Made by a program: the position numbers and the translations under genes. Below the pieces are notes generated by a model. That model had not been told where the DNA came from, did no database searches, and saw only the letters and a list, made by a program, of their open reading frames with translations. This document shows positions 46,602 through 56,545 of a stretch of DNA of 64,000 nucleotides, in pieces. Source of the DNA: Dehalococcoidia bacterium (lineage in GTDB: Bacteria > Chloroflexota > Dehalococcoidia > Lucifugimonadales > JAGWBF01); assembly GCA_034423015.1 (NCBI GenBank), contig DAOUJG010000063.1:112865-176864 (forward strand), given 5' to 3'. Numbering within the stretch: position 1 is the first letter of the stretch; each line of letters starts with the position of its first letter.

Positions 46602-48365
46602 ATGCAACAGGCCACCGATCCCGTCACCCGGGAGATCATCAAGAACGCGCTGATGAGCAGCGCCGACACCATGGCGCTCACGGTGGTCCGCACCGCGCGC
46701 TCCGCCGTCATCAAGCACTCCATGGACTTCTCCACGGCCCTCTTCTCCGCCGACGGACAGCAGGTGGCCCAGGGCCTCACCCTCCCCTCCCACCTGGGCT
46801 CCATGGCCCCGGCCCTGGAGGGCATCATGAACGCCTTCGGGGACGACGTCCACCCGGGGGACATCTTCGCCAACAACGACCCCTACGAGGGCGGCAGCCA
46901 CCTGCCGGACATATTCCTCTTCAAGCCCATCTTCGCCTACGACACCCTGGTGGGCTGGAGCTGCTGCATCGGCCACCAGACGGACATAGGCGGCCGCATT
47001 CCCGGGGGCAACGCCTGCGACAACACGGAGATATACCAGGAGGGGCTACTGCTGCCTCCCCTGAAGCTGTACGACAGGGGCGTACTGAACCAAGCCGTCT
47101 GGCGCATCCTGGGAAAGAACGTCAGGGTGCCCGAGAAGGTGCTCGGGGACGTTCAGGCCCTCCTGGCCGCCGTCAGGTTCGGCGAACGGGACCTCCTCCG
47201 CCTGGTCGACGACTACGGCGTCGAGGAGATGAAGAGCTACATGACCGACATCCTGGACACCACGGAGCGCATGACCCGGGCGGAGATACAGGGTCTGCCC
47301 GACGGCGAGTGGGAGTTCACCGACTACATCGACAACGACGGCATCGACGAACAGCCCATCGCCATCCACGCCAAGGTGAAGATCCAGGGCGATACCGTGT
47401 ACGTGGACTTCAAGGGCACCTCGCCCCAGGCCAGGGGCTCCATCAACCCCAACTTCGCGTACACCAAGTCCCAGGTGTACGCGGTCATGAAGCACCTCAT
47501 CGACGAGTCCATCCAGTCCAACAGCGGCTTCTTCAGGGCCTTCGAGATCACCGCGCCCGAGGGCTGCTTCGTCAACCCACAGCACCCCGCGCCCGTGGCT
47601 GCCCGCGGCCTCTCGGGGTTCCGCATCACGGCGACCCTCTTCGGCGCCATGGCCCAGGCCCTTCCGGGCAGGGTGCCGGGGGCCTTCGGCGGAGGCGAGG
47701 TGGGCCTCACATTCGGAGGCTACGACCGCAACCGCAAGGCCTGGGTCTACCTGGAGTTCAACAACGACGGGCCCAGGGGCGGCGGACCCTACTTCGACGG
47801 CGCGGACGGCCTGGCCGCCCCCGGGCGGAACACCGCCAACACCCCCATCGAGAGCATCGAGGCCGACCAGCCCCTGATGGTCGAGCGTTTCGCCCTTGTC
47901 CCGGACACGGGCGGCCCCGGGAAGTACCGGGGCGGCCTGGCCATAACGCGGGAGTTCAGGGTCCTGGCCGACGAGGCCACCTTCCAGCTACGCTCCGACC
48001 GCCACGACTTCCCGCCCTGGGGCGTAGAGGGCGGCAAGCACGGCACACCGACCCGCAGCTACATCTCTAAGGAAAGCGAAGGGCCGGACGCGGACTCGGG
48101 AGAGATCCCCAGTAAGCACCTGACGACGTTGAAGAGCGGCGACCTATACCGGCTCATCCAGTCCAGCGCCGGCGGGTATGGCGATCCCCTGGACCGGGAC
48201 GTGGACTCAGTGCTGGACGACGTGGAGCAGGAGAAGATGACCCAGGGCCACGCCCGCGCCGAGTACGGGGTCGTCGTCGACCCCGACACCCTGGCGCTGG
48301 ACCCGAGGGCCACCGCGGAACTCCGGGACAGAATGCGCCAAGCGCGAAACGAGAAGCAGGGATAG
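46602..48365 (+). CDS. Hydantoinase B/oxoprolinase beta family protein (tandem copy 2)
   Basis: Collinear close paralog of 44792-46546. Confidence 0.92.
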   Translation: MQQATDPVTREIIKNALMSSADTMALTVVRTARSAVIKHSMDFSTALFSADGQQVAQGLTLPSHLGSMAPALEGIMNAFGDDVHPGDIFANNDPYEGGSHLPDIFLFKPIFAYDTLVGWSCCIGHQTDIGGRIPGGNACDNTEIYQEGLLLPPLKLYDRGVLNQAVWRILGKNVRVPEKVLGDVQALLAAVRFGERDLLRLVDDYGVEEMKSYMTDILDTTERMTRAEIQGLPDGEWEFTDYIDNDGIDEQPIAIHAKVKIQGDTVYVDFKGTSPQARGSINPNFAYTKSQVYAVMKHLIDESIQSNSGFFRAFEITAPEGCFVNPQHPAPVAARGLSGFRITATLFGAMAQALPGRVPGAFGGGEVGLTFGGYDRNRKAWVYLEFNNDGPRGGGPYFDGADGLAAPGRNTANTPIESIEADQPLMVERFALVPDTGGPGKYRGGLAITREFRVLADEATFQLRSDRHDFPPWGVEGGKHGTPTRSYISKESEGPDADSGEIPSKHLTTLKSGDLYRLIQSSAGGYGDPLDRDVDSVLDDVEQEKMTQGHARAEYGVVVDPDTLALDPRATAELRDRMRQARNEKQG

Positions 48366-48449
48366 GCCCTCCGCCGTGGAACGGTCTGTTTATCATGAGG
48401 CGACGGTCGGGCACCATGTGACGGGCAGGCGGCGCGTTCCGGGAGGCAA

Positions 48450-48920
48450 GTGATGGACGCCAGGTTCACGCTGCCGCGCCGGGCCGGTGAGCCCCCGCGG
48501 GTGGGGAGCGTGGTCCCGCAGCTCCAGGAGACCCAAAAGAGCCCCGCCGAGGTGTACGAGAAGGTGGCGGCCTGGGCGTTCTCCGCCCTTGCCGGGGTAC
48601 GGGAGGAGCCCACCCGGATATCCGTTCCGACGACCCGGGCCCTGTGGCTGGACGAGGGACTGGACACGGTCCACGACGACGCCTTCATGCCTCCCAGCGG
48701 CGGACGGGAGTTCGCTCATCTCCACGCCGACGGGAGCATGCACCTCCACGTGGACGGCCAAGTCGCCCGGGAGGTGTACGACAAGGGGTGGGGATGCGCC
48801 CATCCCCTGGACCCCAGGAGCTGCATGGTCTACGCCGCCAGGGACGACCGCGAGATCGAGGTCGTCAAGCTGGTGATAGCCGAATCGTATCGCTACGCAA
48901 CGGGGAGGGGCATTCCTTAG
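48450..48920 (+). CDS. Luciferase-domain (DUF5519-like) protein
   Basis: REFAHLH.DGS.H...GWG..HP...MVY.ARD..E.EVV..I..SY motif. Confidence 0.7.
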   Translation: MMDARFTLPRRAGEPPRVGSVVPQLQETQKSPAEVYEKVAAWAFSALAGVREEPTRISVPTTRALWLDEGLDTVHDDAFMPPSGGREFAHLHADGSMHLHVDGQVAREVYDKGWGCAHPLDPRSCMVYAARDDREIEVVKLVIAESYRYATGRGIP

Positions 48921-48982
48921 CCGGGATGTGATTGGCCGCACCAAGCCTCCGTCCACAAGCCTCGCCCACTAGGGAGGACGCC

Positions 48983-49666
48983 GTGACGATACCCGATACC
49001 CTGACGTTCTATCGCGAGCACGCCCAGGACTACTCCAAGGTGTCGCACGACTTCCTGGGACAGCAGTACACGGACCCATCCCACCCGGAGATCTCCAACG
49101 ACCGCCAGATCCTGGCGCGCCTCAAGGCGCTGTCCCCGGGCAAGAGGGGCCTCGACGCGGGCTGCGGCGCGGGGGCCCGGGACGTTTTCCTGCTATACCG
49201 GGAGGGGTTCGACATGAGCGGGGTCGACGCGGTTCCCGAGAACATAGCGGAGGCCGCCCGCCGCCATCCCGAGATCGCCGGCCGGGTGTCGGTTGCCGAC
49301 CTGAGGGAGCCGCTGCCGTTCGCCGACGCCTCCTTCGACTTCGTCATGTGCAACGCCGTGATCCAGCACATCCCCCCGGAGGTCATCCGGACTGTGACCC
49401 TGCCCGAGCTTGCCAGGGTCCTGCGTCCCTTGGGAGTCCTGCAGCTCATGTTCAAGAACGGGCGGGGAGTGACCACGGTGCTGGACCCGGACTACGGCAT
49501 CCGGCGCAGTTTCCGGCTCTACGACGAGCACGAGGTGGCGGGGATCCTGGAGAGCCACGGCTGCCGGGTGCTGCAGCCCGAGTCTCCGGGCGGGCCCGGC
49601 GGCTTCATGTACGTGACAGACGTGAAGCCCATGCGGTACTGCGTGTTCCACGCCAGGAAGCGGTAG
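48983..49666 (+). CDS. Class I SAM-dependent methyltransferase
   Basis: LDAGCGAG, DLREPLPF...FD.V.CNAV, RVLRP.G; GTG start behind GGAGG. Confidence 0.9.
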   Translation: MTIPDTLTFYREHAQDYSKVSHDFLGQQYTDPSHPEISNDRQILARLKALSPGKRGLDAGCGAGARDVFLLYREGFDMSGVDAVPENIAEAARRHPEIAGRVSVADLREPLPFADASFDFVMCNAVIQHIPPEVIRTVTLPELARVLRPLGVLQLMFKNGRGVTTVLDPDYGIRRSFRLYDEHEVAGILESHGCRVLQPESPGGPGGFMYVTDVKPMRYCVFHARKR

Positions 49667-49714
49667 CCGACCTGCTGGAATGGTTATGTCAACGGACCTC
49701 GAGGGGAGTGTGAC

Positions 49715-50443
49715 ATGAGCCCCACGGCACGGCTGGAGCCTGTCCCGGAGGACTGGGAGAGGGCCCTTGCCATCGCCGCCCACCCCGACGACCTGGAGTA
49801 CGGAGCGGCCGCCGCCATCGCCAGGTGGACCGACCAGGGAAAGCGGGTGGTCTACCTGATGGTCACCCGGGGAGAGGCGGGCATCGACGGCATGCCTCCC
49901 CACGAGACAGGGCCCATCCGGGCGGAGGAGGAGCGCCGCAGCGCCGCGGTGGTGGGCGTGGACCAGGTGGAGTTCCTGGACCACCGGGACGGCGTCATAG
50001 AGTACGGTCTGCCCCTGCGCAGGGACCTGGCGCTGGCGATACGGAAACACCGTCCCCAGGTGGTGATCACCCTGAACCACCGCCTGACGTGGCCCGGCGG
50101 CGGCCTGAACATGGCGGACCACCGCAACGTGGGCCTGGCCGTTTTGGACGCCGTGAGGGATGCGGGCAACAGGTGGGTCTTCACAAATGAGTCCGGAGAG
50201 GGTCCCGAGCCCTGGAACGGCGTGGAGACGGTCCTCCTCAGCGGCTCTCCCGAGCCCACCCACGGGGTGGACGTGACGGACCACTTCGACCGGGGGGCCG
50301 CCTCCCTGGCGGAGCACAGAACGTACCTGGAGGCCCTGGGCAACGCCGACCGGACCCACGAGATGCTGCGCGAGTTCGCCAGGGACGCAGGCAGGGCGCT
50401 GGGATGCGACCTGGGCGTCCTGTTCCAGGCGGTCCGGCCATGA
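49715..50443 (+). CDS. PIG-L/LmbE family deacetylase
   Basis: AHPDDLE, TRGEAG, DH. Confidence 0.92.
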   Translation: MSPTARLEPVPEDWERALAIAAHPDDLEYGAAAAIARWTDQGKRVVYLMVTRGEAGIDGMPPHETGPIRAEEERRSAAVVGVDQVEFLDHRDGVIEYGLPLRRDLALAIRKHRPQVVITLNHRLTWPGGGLNMADHRNVGLAVLDAVRDAGNRWVFTNESGEGPEPWNGVETVLLSGSPEPTHGVDVTDHFDRGAASLAEHRTYLEALGNADRTHEMLREFARDAGRALGCDLGVLFQAVRP

Positions 50444-50464
50444 AGCCATCGGGACGTCCTGCAC

Positions 50465-50875
50465 GTGGGAACGCCCGCGGCTAGAGACCGGACGGTGTTC
50501 TACTACGACGGCGGCTGCGGCTTCTGCAGGTCCGTGGTGGCGGTGCTGTCGCGAATCGACGTCCGCCGACGGGTCACCTGGACTCCCTACCAGTCGCTGG
50601 AGACGCCGCCCGACGGCCTAACGTGGGAAGACCTGGAGCGGTCGGCCCACCTGGAAACGGAGCAAGGCGGCCTTCACGAAGGCTTCCACGCCTTTCGCAG
50701 GCTGACCCTTCTGCTGCCTCCCCTATGGCCACTGGCGCCCTTCCTGTGGCTGCCAGGCGTGCCCTCATTGGGCACGGGCCTCTACCGGTGGGTCGCCCGA
50801 AACCGGCACTGCATATGGGCGTGCGGGACCGCCCCACTGAGGCGGACGGGCGGGCGAGAGCATCGCGCTCCGTGA
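50465..50875 (+). CDS. DUF393 (DCC-type thiol-disulfide) family protein
   Basis: YDGGCGFC; YRWVARNR. Confidence 0.88.
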   Translation: MGTPAARDRTVFYYDGGCGFCRSVVAVLSRIDVRRRVTWTPYQSLETPPDGLTWEDLERSAHLETEQGGLHEGFHAFRRLTLLLPPLWPLAPFLWLPGVPSLGTGLYRWVARNRHCIWACGTAPLRRTGGREHRAP

Positions 50876-50947
50876 GCAGTGTACCCACATCGCCCACGGA
50901 AGTCGCACTCAACGCAACCGGCCTCCTTGCAAGGAGGCCGGTATAGA

Positions 50948-50976
50948 CCCCGGGCCGGGCGGCGCCCGGCCCGGGG
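50948..50976. terminator. GC hairpin between convergent genes
   Basis: 13-bp perfect stem ccccgggccgggc/gcccggcccgggg with a 3-nt loop. Confidence 0.6.
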
Positions 50977-50995
50977 CTTGGGATGAAGGAAACCC

Positions 50996-52024
50996 TTAAG
51001 CCTTGGCAGCCATGGCGCCGCAGACCGTCTCCATGATCAGGCGTGTGACCACGTACGGGTCCATGTTGGCGTTGGGCCGCCTGTCCTCTATGTACCCCTT
51101 CTGGTTCTTCTCCACCTGCCAGGGGATCCTGATGGAAGCGCCCCGGTCCGACACGCCGTACCGGAACTCCCTGTAGGAGCAGGTCTCGTGCAGCCCGGTC
51201 AGACGCTCTTCGATGGCGAACCCGTAGTTGGCGATGTGCAGCTCATGCCTGGTCCCCAGGGCCTCGGCCGCGTCTACGCACGCCTGGTAGTTGGACCTCA
51301 TGGTCTTGGTCGAGAAGTTGGTGTGGGCGCCCGCACCGTTCCAGTCGCCCCGGGCGGGCTTGGGGTACAGGGTGGCGTTCACGTCGTGGTCCTCACCCAC
51401 CCGGTACAGCAGCCACCTGGCCACCCATAGCTGGTCCGAAACGGCCAGGGCAGGGGTGGGGCCTATCTGGAACTCCCACTGGCCCGGCATGACCTCCGCG
51501 TTGATGCCGGAGATGTCCAGACCGGCGTCCAGGCACCTCTCCAGGTGCTCCTCCACCGCCGGCCGGCCGAACACCTCGTCGGCCCCAACGCCGCAGTAGT
51601 AGCCACCCTGGGGAGCGGGGAACCCGTGGTCTGGGAAGCCCAGGGGCCTCATCCCCTTGAAGAAGGTGTACTCCTGCTCGATGCCGAAGATGAACTCCTG
51701 GTCCGCGTACCTCTCGGCGGCCTCGGCACACGCGGCCCGCGTGTTCGACCTATGAGGGCTGAGGTCCGTGTTCAACACCTCGGTCATCACCAGAAGGCTG
51801 TTCCCTCCCCTTATCGGGTCCGGACAGCAGAACACCGGCCTCAGGACGCAGTCCGAGGCCGACCCCATGGCCTGGTTGGTGCTGGACCCATCGAAGCCCC
51901 ATATGGGTAGGTCTTCATGACTGGGCATATCCTTATCCGAGGCCACAATCATGGTCTTGGATCGAAGCTTCGGCGTGGGAATACTCCCGTCTATCCAGAT
52001 GTATTCGGCTCTGTACGTACTCAT
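50996..52024 (-). CDS. glnII: Glutamine synthetase type II
   Basis: AEYIWIDG, WGFDGSST.QA.G..SD, NAEVMPGQWEFQIGP, DWNGAG.HTNFST, EDRRP.AN.DPY; start ATG 52024. Confidence 0.93.
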   Translation of the reverse strand: MSTYRAEYIWIDGSIPTPKLRSKTMIVASDKDMPSHEDLPIWGFDGSSTNQAMGSASDCVLRPVFCCPDPIRGGNSLLVMTEVLNTDLSPHRSNTRAACAEAAERYADQEFIFGIEQEYTFFKGMRPLGFPDHGFPAPQGGYYCGVGADEVFGRPAVEEHLERCLDAGLDISGINAEVMPGQWEFQIGPTPALAVSDQLWVARWLLYRVGEDHDVNATLYPKPARGDWNGAGAHTNFSTKTMRSNYQACVDAAEALGTRHELHIANYGFAIEERLTGLHETCSYREFRYGVSDRGASIRIPWQVEKNQKGYIEDRRPNANMDPYVVTRLIMETVCGAMAAKA

Positions 52025-52185
52025 CCTGCCTCTCAACTCATTTGGATTTCCGGCTTGCGGCCATATTCCAACCGCAGTTGGCCGGGCCAGATATAGAATA
52101 ACGTATTTCCAGACTCCGGGCAACCTAGACGGTGGTCACAACCCCGCCCGAGAGGCACACTGCAACACCCGGCTTTCTCCCGGCG

Positions 52186-53286
52186 TCAGCTCGCCGAGGA
52201 GGGCGCCATGGCAGGGTCACGGCTGGCTTCGACAGCCCGCCGGAAGGAGTCGACGAGCCCGTCTTCGGACCGCCGGAGCACGGTGGTGTTGACCGTGAGC
52301 AGGATGCGCCGGGGGGACCGGTCGTCGGGGTAGACGAACACCCCCTCCCGCTCCAGGGAGGAGGCCAGCCTGCCCACGTCGATGTGGGGCCCCACCGTCA
52401 TCGGGAATATGTTGGAGCCGTCTGCGAAGGGCCGTACCTCGATGCCCGGAATGTCGTTCAGGCGGGCGAACACCGACCTGGCCCTGTCCATGGCGGCGTA
52501 GAACCGCTCCTCGAACCCGTCGGTGCCCTGGAGGGCCAGAGCCGCCGCCAGGGACGCCGAGGGGAGCCCCCCTCCGAACATCCTCCTGTGGTGGTACATG
52601 TCCTCGACGAACCCCGCGGCGCCCGCCAGGATTGCACCGAAGGGGGCCCCGAAGTACTTGTACAGCGACACGTAGACGCTGTCGTAGAGGCCCGTGTAAC
52701 GCTTTGGGTCGACCCCGGTGGCCGAGGCCATCATGTAGAGACGCGCGGCGTCCAGATGGGTGGCGATGCCCCGCTCGGCGCAGAACCCGGTGACCTCCTC
52801 CATGCGTTGGAAGGACACCACCCGGCCCTCCTGGCGGCGCACCGGGCTCTCGACAATCACTGCGCCTATGCGGTTGGCCACCCTGCCCGTCTCCGACCGC
52901 TCCACCGCTTCCTTCAGCTCGTCGAGGGTGAATTCGGGCCGCCCCTGGCCCAGGGGGACGAGGTTGATGCCGCTGAGGCCGGCAACTGAGTCTCCGGTGT
53001 CGTTGTACACGTGGCCCTGCTCCTGGACAACCGCCCGGGGCTTGACCCCGCAGTGCTTCCGGATGGCCAGGTGGTTGGCCATGGTGCCCGTGGGCATGAA
53101 CACCGCGGCCTCCTTGCCCAGCATCCCGGCCAACCGCAGCTCCAGCTTCTCCACGGTGCCGCCCCGGGAGAAGTCGTCCAGCTCCAGGCCGATGTCCCGG
53201 TGGAACTCGGAGAGGCGCCGGAGCATGTCGCCGGGCTCCTTGGGCTCCCCGTCTCCCCTGAAGACCACGTCGGTGGACTGGCTCAC
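52186..53286 (-). CDS. Threonine aldolase/beta-eliminating lyase family PLP enzyme
   Basis: FMPTGTMAN, HLDAARL, SLYKYFGAPFGA; GTG start at 53286. Confidence 0.85.
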   Translation of the reverse strand: MSQSTDVVFRGDGEPKEPGDMLRRLSEFHRDIGLELDDFSRGGTVEKLELRLAGMLGKEAAVFMPTGTMANHLAIRKHCGVKPRAVVQEQGHVYNDTGDSVAGLSGINLVPLGQGRPEFTLDELKEAVERSETGRVANRIGAVIVESPVRRQEGRVVSFQRMEEVTGFCAERGIATHLDAARLYMMASATGVDPKRYTGLYDSVYVSLYKYFGAPFGAILAGAAGFVEDMYHHRRMFGGGLPSASLAAALALQGTDGFEERFYAAMDRARSVFARLNDIPGIEVRPFADGSNIFPMTVGPHIDVGRLASSLEREGVFVYPDDRSPRRILLTVNTTVLRRSEDGLVDSFRRAVEASRDPAMAPSSAS

Positions 53287-53288
53287 GG

Positions 53289-54359
53289 CTACTCTACCCT
53301 GAGCAGCTTCTGCAGGTTGCCGCCCATGACCAGGGCCCGGTCCTCGGGGGTCATGAAGTCGCAGTGGAGGCGGATGAGGTCCAGGTTCTGCTGGTAGGTG
53401 CAGGTCCTGAGGGCCCAGGGCATGTCCGAGCCCCACACCATCGCCTCGGGGCCGAAGTTCTCGTACACGGTCCTGATGATCTGCTCGTGCCGGGGGTACG
53501 GGTACTCGAACTCCTTGCCCCAGATGCCCCAGTTCTCGTAGGCGAGGACGTAGCCCATCTCCAGATGGAAGTTCCCCAGTTTGAATAGGGGGAAGAACTC
53601 CCTGGGATTGTCCACGTACTCCGGATGGCTGGGATGCTTGACCCAGGCCCCAAGGTGGCAGTCGATGACGTGCATGTCGGGGTACTTCTGCAGCACGTTC
53701 CTGATGTGGTCGATCTCCTCCAGGTACGCCTCGCGGCCGTTGAACCCGGTGTCCATGTAGACGGGTATGCCGAGGCGCAGGCACTCCTTCCACAGAGGGT
53801 CGCACTTGGGGTCGTCCACCGGCTGGCCCTTGATGACGTGGGTATGCAGGGCCCGGAAGCCGTTCTCCTCCACGGCCCTGGTCAGCTTCTCGATCTCCCC
53901 CCGCAGGTACTTCTCGTCCCGGGTGACGTCGTACTCGATGGCCACGGTCCCGATCAGCCTGTCGGGGTGCTCCCTGATGGCGTCGGCGAAGTACACCTCC
54001 CGGCCCCAGCTATGCTCCATGTACCCCGCCAGCACGACCCCCTTGTCGACCCCGATGAAGTCCATGTTCGCGATGAGCTGGTCGGGGGTGTACTCCATCT
54101 TCTCCATGGACACGGCGCCCCGCTGAAGCCAGACGTCCTCTCCGTGCTTCTTCCACTGGAAGCGGTTGAACCGACCCACGCGGAACTCGACGTCCTCGCC
54201 GGCCTCGGCTATGTACTTGGGGTCCTCGTGGCTGCTGTACATCCTGCCCCAGGATGGGCGAACGATCTTCTGGAGCTCCGCCCTGTAGGCCGCCTCGTCC
54301 TTGTACCCGGCGGGCCCCGCCTGGTCGGGAAAGACGTGAACGTGGTTGTCGATTATCAA
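53289..54359 (-). CDS. Amidohydrolase_2 family protein
   Basis: IIDNHVH; CHLG; WGSDMPW. Confidence 0.88.
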   Translation of the reverse strand: MIIDNHVHVFPDQAGPAGYKDEAAYRAELQKIVRPSWGRMYSSHEDPKYIAEAGEDVEFRVGRFNRFQWKKHGEDVWLQRGAVSMEKMEYTPDQLIANMDFIGVDKGVVLAGYMEHSWGREVYFADAIREHPDRLIGTVAIEYDVTRDEKYLRGEIEKLTRAVEENGFRALHTHVIKGQPVDDPKCDPLWKECLRLGIPVYMDTGFNGREAYLEEIDHIRNVLQKYPDMHVIDCHLGAWVKHPSHPEYVDNPREFFPLFKLGNFHLEMGYVLAYENWGIWGKEFEYPYPRHEQIIRTVYENFGPEAMVWGSDMPWALRTCTYQQNLDLIRLHCDFMTPEDRALVMGGNLQKLLRVE

Positions 54360-54411
54360 TCCGTTGACCTCCGTTCTATCGACCTCCGCAGAATGTCCTG
54401 CGGTCTCGCCA

Positions 54412-55557
54412 CTATTCGAACAGGGCCGCGATGCGCTCTCCGACGATCGTGTCCTCGCCCTCGCTGAGACCGAAGACGTGGATGGCGATGAAGTCCTCCC
54501 CGTCGCGGACCCTGGTCCATATGGGCGGGTCTCCCGCCTTCAGACGGTCCACCACGTCGGTAAGGCTCATGCCCGTGGCCTCCTGGTCGACCCTCAGGAC
54601 CACGCCGTAGGGCATGTGGCCGACCACGTTGTCGATGCGCTGGACCGTAATGCCCGGTACGCCCGCCAGGGGGGCCATGATGGCCAGGCACTGCCCCTCG
54701 GCCTGGGCCAGCCTCTCCTCGTGGTTCATGGTCATCCAGCGTCTCACGGCGGCCACCGCCCCGATCATCTCCTGGCGGTCCACCTTGTGGGGCCTGCCCA
54801 CGCCCCGTATCCGGCGTCCCTCGTAGCTGGCGAAGGACTGGAGGCCCAGCTTCCGTATCATGTCCTTGGTGCCCAGGGCCAGCCCCGTGGACTGGGGCGC
54901 GCCCATGTACTTGGCCGCGATGCACTGGAAGTCTGCCCCCATCCGCACGTGCTTGCCGAAGACGTCCAGGGGATATATCTGGCCCGCCGAGTCCACCAGG
55001 ACGGGCACGTCGTGGGCGTGGGCGATCTCGATGATGTCCTCCAGGGGCAGGGCCTTGGGGTCGGGCTCCTGCTCCACGGCGTAGAAGTGCACCGCGGCAG
55101 TCTTGGGGCCGATGGCCTTCTCCAGGTCCTCCCGGGTGGTGCCGTCCTTGTCTCCGAACTCCACCAGCTTGGCCCCGGCGAGCTGCAGGCAGCGGTCGTA
55201 CCAGTAGCGCTGCCTGGTCTGGATCAGGATCTCGTCCTTCATGCCCGTGGTGTCGGGCAGCTGCTGTATCTTGTCGTCGTCGTCCCCGGCCATCACGGCC
55301 GCCGTGGCCAGGGTCAGCGCGGAGCCGGCCCCCGAGGTGATGTAGGCCGCGGGCACGTCGGCCATCTTGGCGATGGCCTCACCGGCCTTCTCCTGCAGGT
55401 GCATCAGGGGGATGTAGGGACCGTCGGCCCGCTCCATCGCCTCCTTGACCTCGGGCACCGGCGTCGACCCGCCCAGCATCGTCACGCTTCCGATGGCGTT
55501 GATAACCGGGGTCGCCCCCAGCTCCTTGTAGATGTCTCCCCAATCTCCGGCTGCCAT
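54412..55557 (-). CDS. SelA-like PLP enzyme (DgaE/D-glucosaminate-6-phosphate ammonia-lyase-like)
   Basis: INAIGSVT.LGGS, ITSGA, VDSA, AAKYMGAP, RPHKVD; 381 aa without the SelA N-terminal domain. Confidence 0.85.
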   Translation of the reverse strand: MAAGDWGDIYKELGATPVINAIGSVTMLGGSTPVPEVKEAMERADGPYIPLMHLQEKAGEAIAKMADVPAAYITSGAGSALTLATAAVMAGDDDDKIQQLPDTTGMKDEILIQTRQRYWYDRCLQLAGAKLVEFGDKDGTTREDLEKAIGPKTAAVHFYAVEQEPDPKALPLEDIIEIAHAHDVPVLVDSAGQIYPLDVFGKHVRMGADFQCIAAKYMGAPQSTGLALGTKDMIRKLGLQSFASYEGRRIRGVGRPHKVDRQEMIGAVAAVRRWMTMNHEERLAQAEGQCLAIMAPLAGVPGITVQRIDNVVGHMPYGVVLRVDQEATGMSLTDVVDRLKAGDPPIWTRVRDGEDFIAIHVFGLSEGEDTIVGERIAALFE

Positions 55558-55639
55558 GAGTCCTCCTTGTTATCTTTATGTCAACGTGTGGCCGGCCAAA
55601 CCCCCGGCCGCAGGCCAGTTCGGGCACGCGGGGCGCGCC

Positions 55640-56545
55640 CTAGTCGTCGGCCTGCAGGACGGCTGCGGAGCCGATGCCCAACGCGGCCAAGGTCCGTACC
55701 ACCTCGGCCCTGCCCTCGGGGCTGATGGGCCGCCCGGGCGGGCGCGGGGCCCCGCAGTCGATGCCCAGCCGCTCGCTGATAGCCGCCTTGACCGTAGCGT
55801 GCAGGCCGAACCTGTCCACCAGAAGGTTGAGGTTGGTCGCCTTGTCCTGGGCCTCCTCGGCGCGCCCCAGGTCGCCGGCGACATAGGCGTCCCAAAGCTC
55901 CACCCACAGCTCGGGGGCTATGTTGGGCGGCCCGTCTATGCAACCGACGGCGCCGATGGTGAGGGCGGGCAGCATGAGGTGGGAGTGGCCCACGAAGCAG
56001 CTCAGCCCCATCTTCGCGAAGGCGCGGATGTTGGAGATGTCCATGGGCGAGTGCTTGAGCCCCGTTAGCTGAGGGACCCGGTCCTGGATCTTCCGCATGA
56101 GGTCCGGCTTGACCTCGACGCCGGTGGCCTTGGGTATGTTGTACACGAAGAAGGGCAGGTCCGCGGCCGCGGCTACGACCCGGTAGTGCTCCACCATCTC
56201 GTCGTCGCTGCGACCGTAGAAGTAGGGCGGCACGCAGCATATGGCGTCCACCCCTGCCCTGGCCGCGTGCTCGGCCATCCTGGCGGACCGCAGCGTCGTC
56301 GGCGACCCCACGTGCATGATGTTCTTTATCCTGCCCCTGGCCTGGTCCGCGGCTATCTCGGCGATGCGCATGTTCTCCGCGTCGTCCAGGAGAACACTCT
56401 CGCCGGTGCCTCCGGCCACCCAGAAGCCGTGGGCGCCCTGCTGGATGTTGAACTCCATCACTTCCCTGAAGGCTCCCTCGTTCAGCCCTCCGTCCTGCGT
56501 CATGGGGGTCAGGAAGGCGGGGTACACGCCACGGAACTCGGACAT
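55640..56545 (-). CDS. DHDPS/N-acetylneuraminate lyase family aldolase
   Basis: GGTGE, YNIP, catalytic LKHS; start ATG 56545. Confidence 0.92.
   Translation of the reverse strand: MSEFRGVYPAFLTPMTQDGGLNEGAFREVMEFNIQQGAHGFWVAGGTGESVLLDDAENMRIAEIAADQARGRIKNIMHVGSPTTLRSARMAEHAARAGVDAICCVPPYFYGRSDDEMVEHYRVVAAAADLPFFVYNIPKATGVEVKPDLMRKIQDRVPQLTGLKHSPMDISNIRAFAKMGLSCFVGHSHLMLPALTIGAVGCIDGPPNIAPELWVELWDAYVAGDLGRAEEAQDKATNLNLLVDRFGLHATVKAAISERLGIDCGAPRPPGRPISPEGRAEVVRTLAALGIGSAAVLQADD

Noticed and set aside
52025-52185. Glutamine (glnA) riboswitch upstream of glnII
   Set aside because: Short hairpins are present, but I could not match the conserved glnA-motif sequence; an Rfam scan would be needed.
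54412-55557. True selenocysteine synthase selA
   Set aside because: At 381 aa it is shorter than SelA, lacks the N-terminal tRNA-binding region, has no selB next to it, and sits in a catabolic operon typical of DgaE-like paralogs. It cannot be counted as support for the Sec calls.
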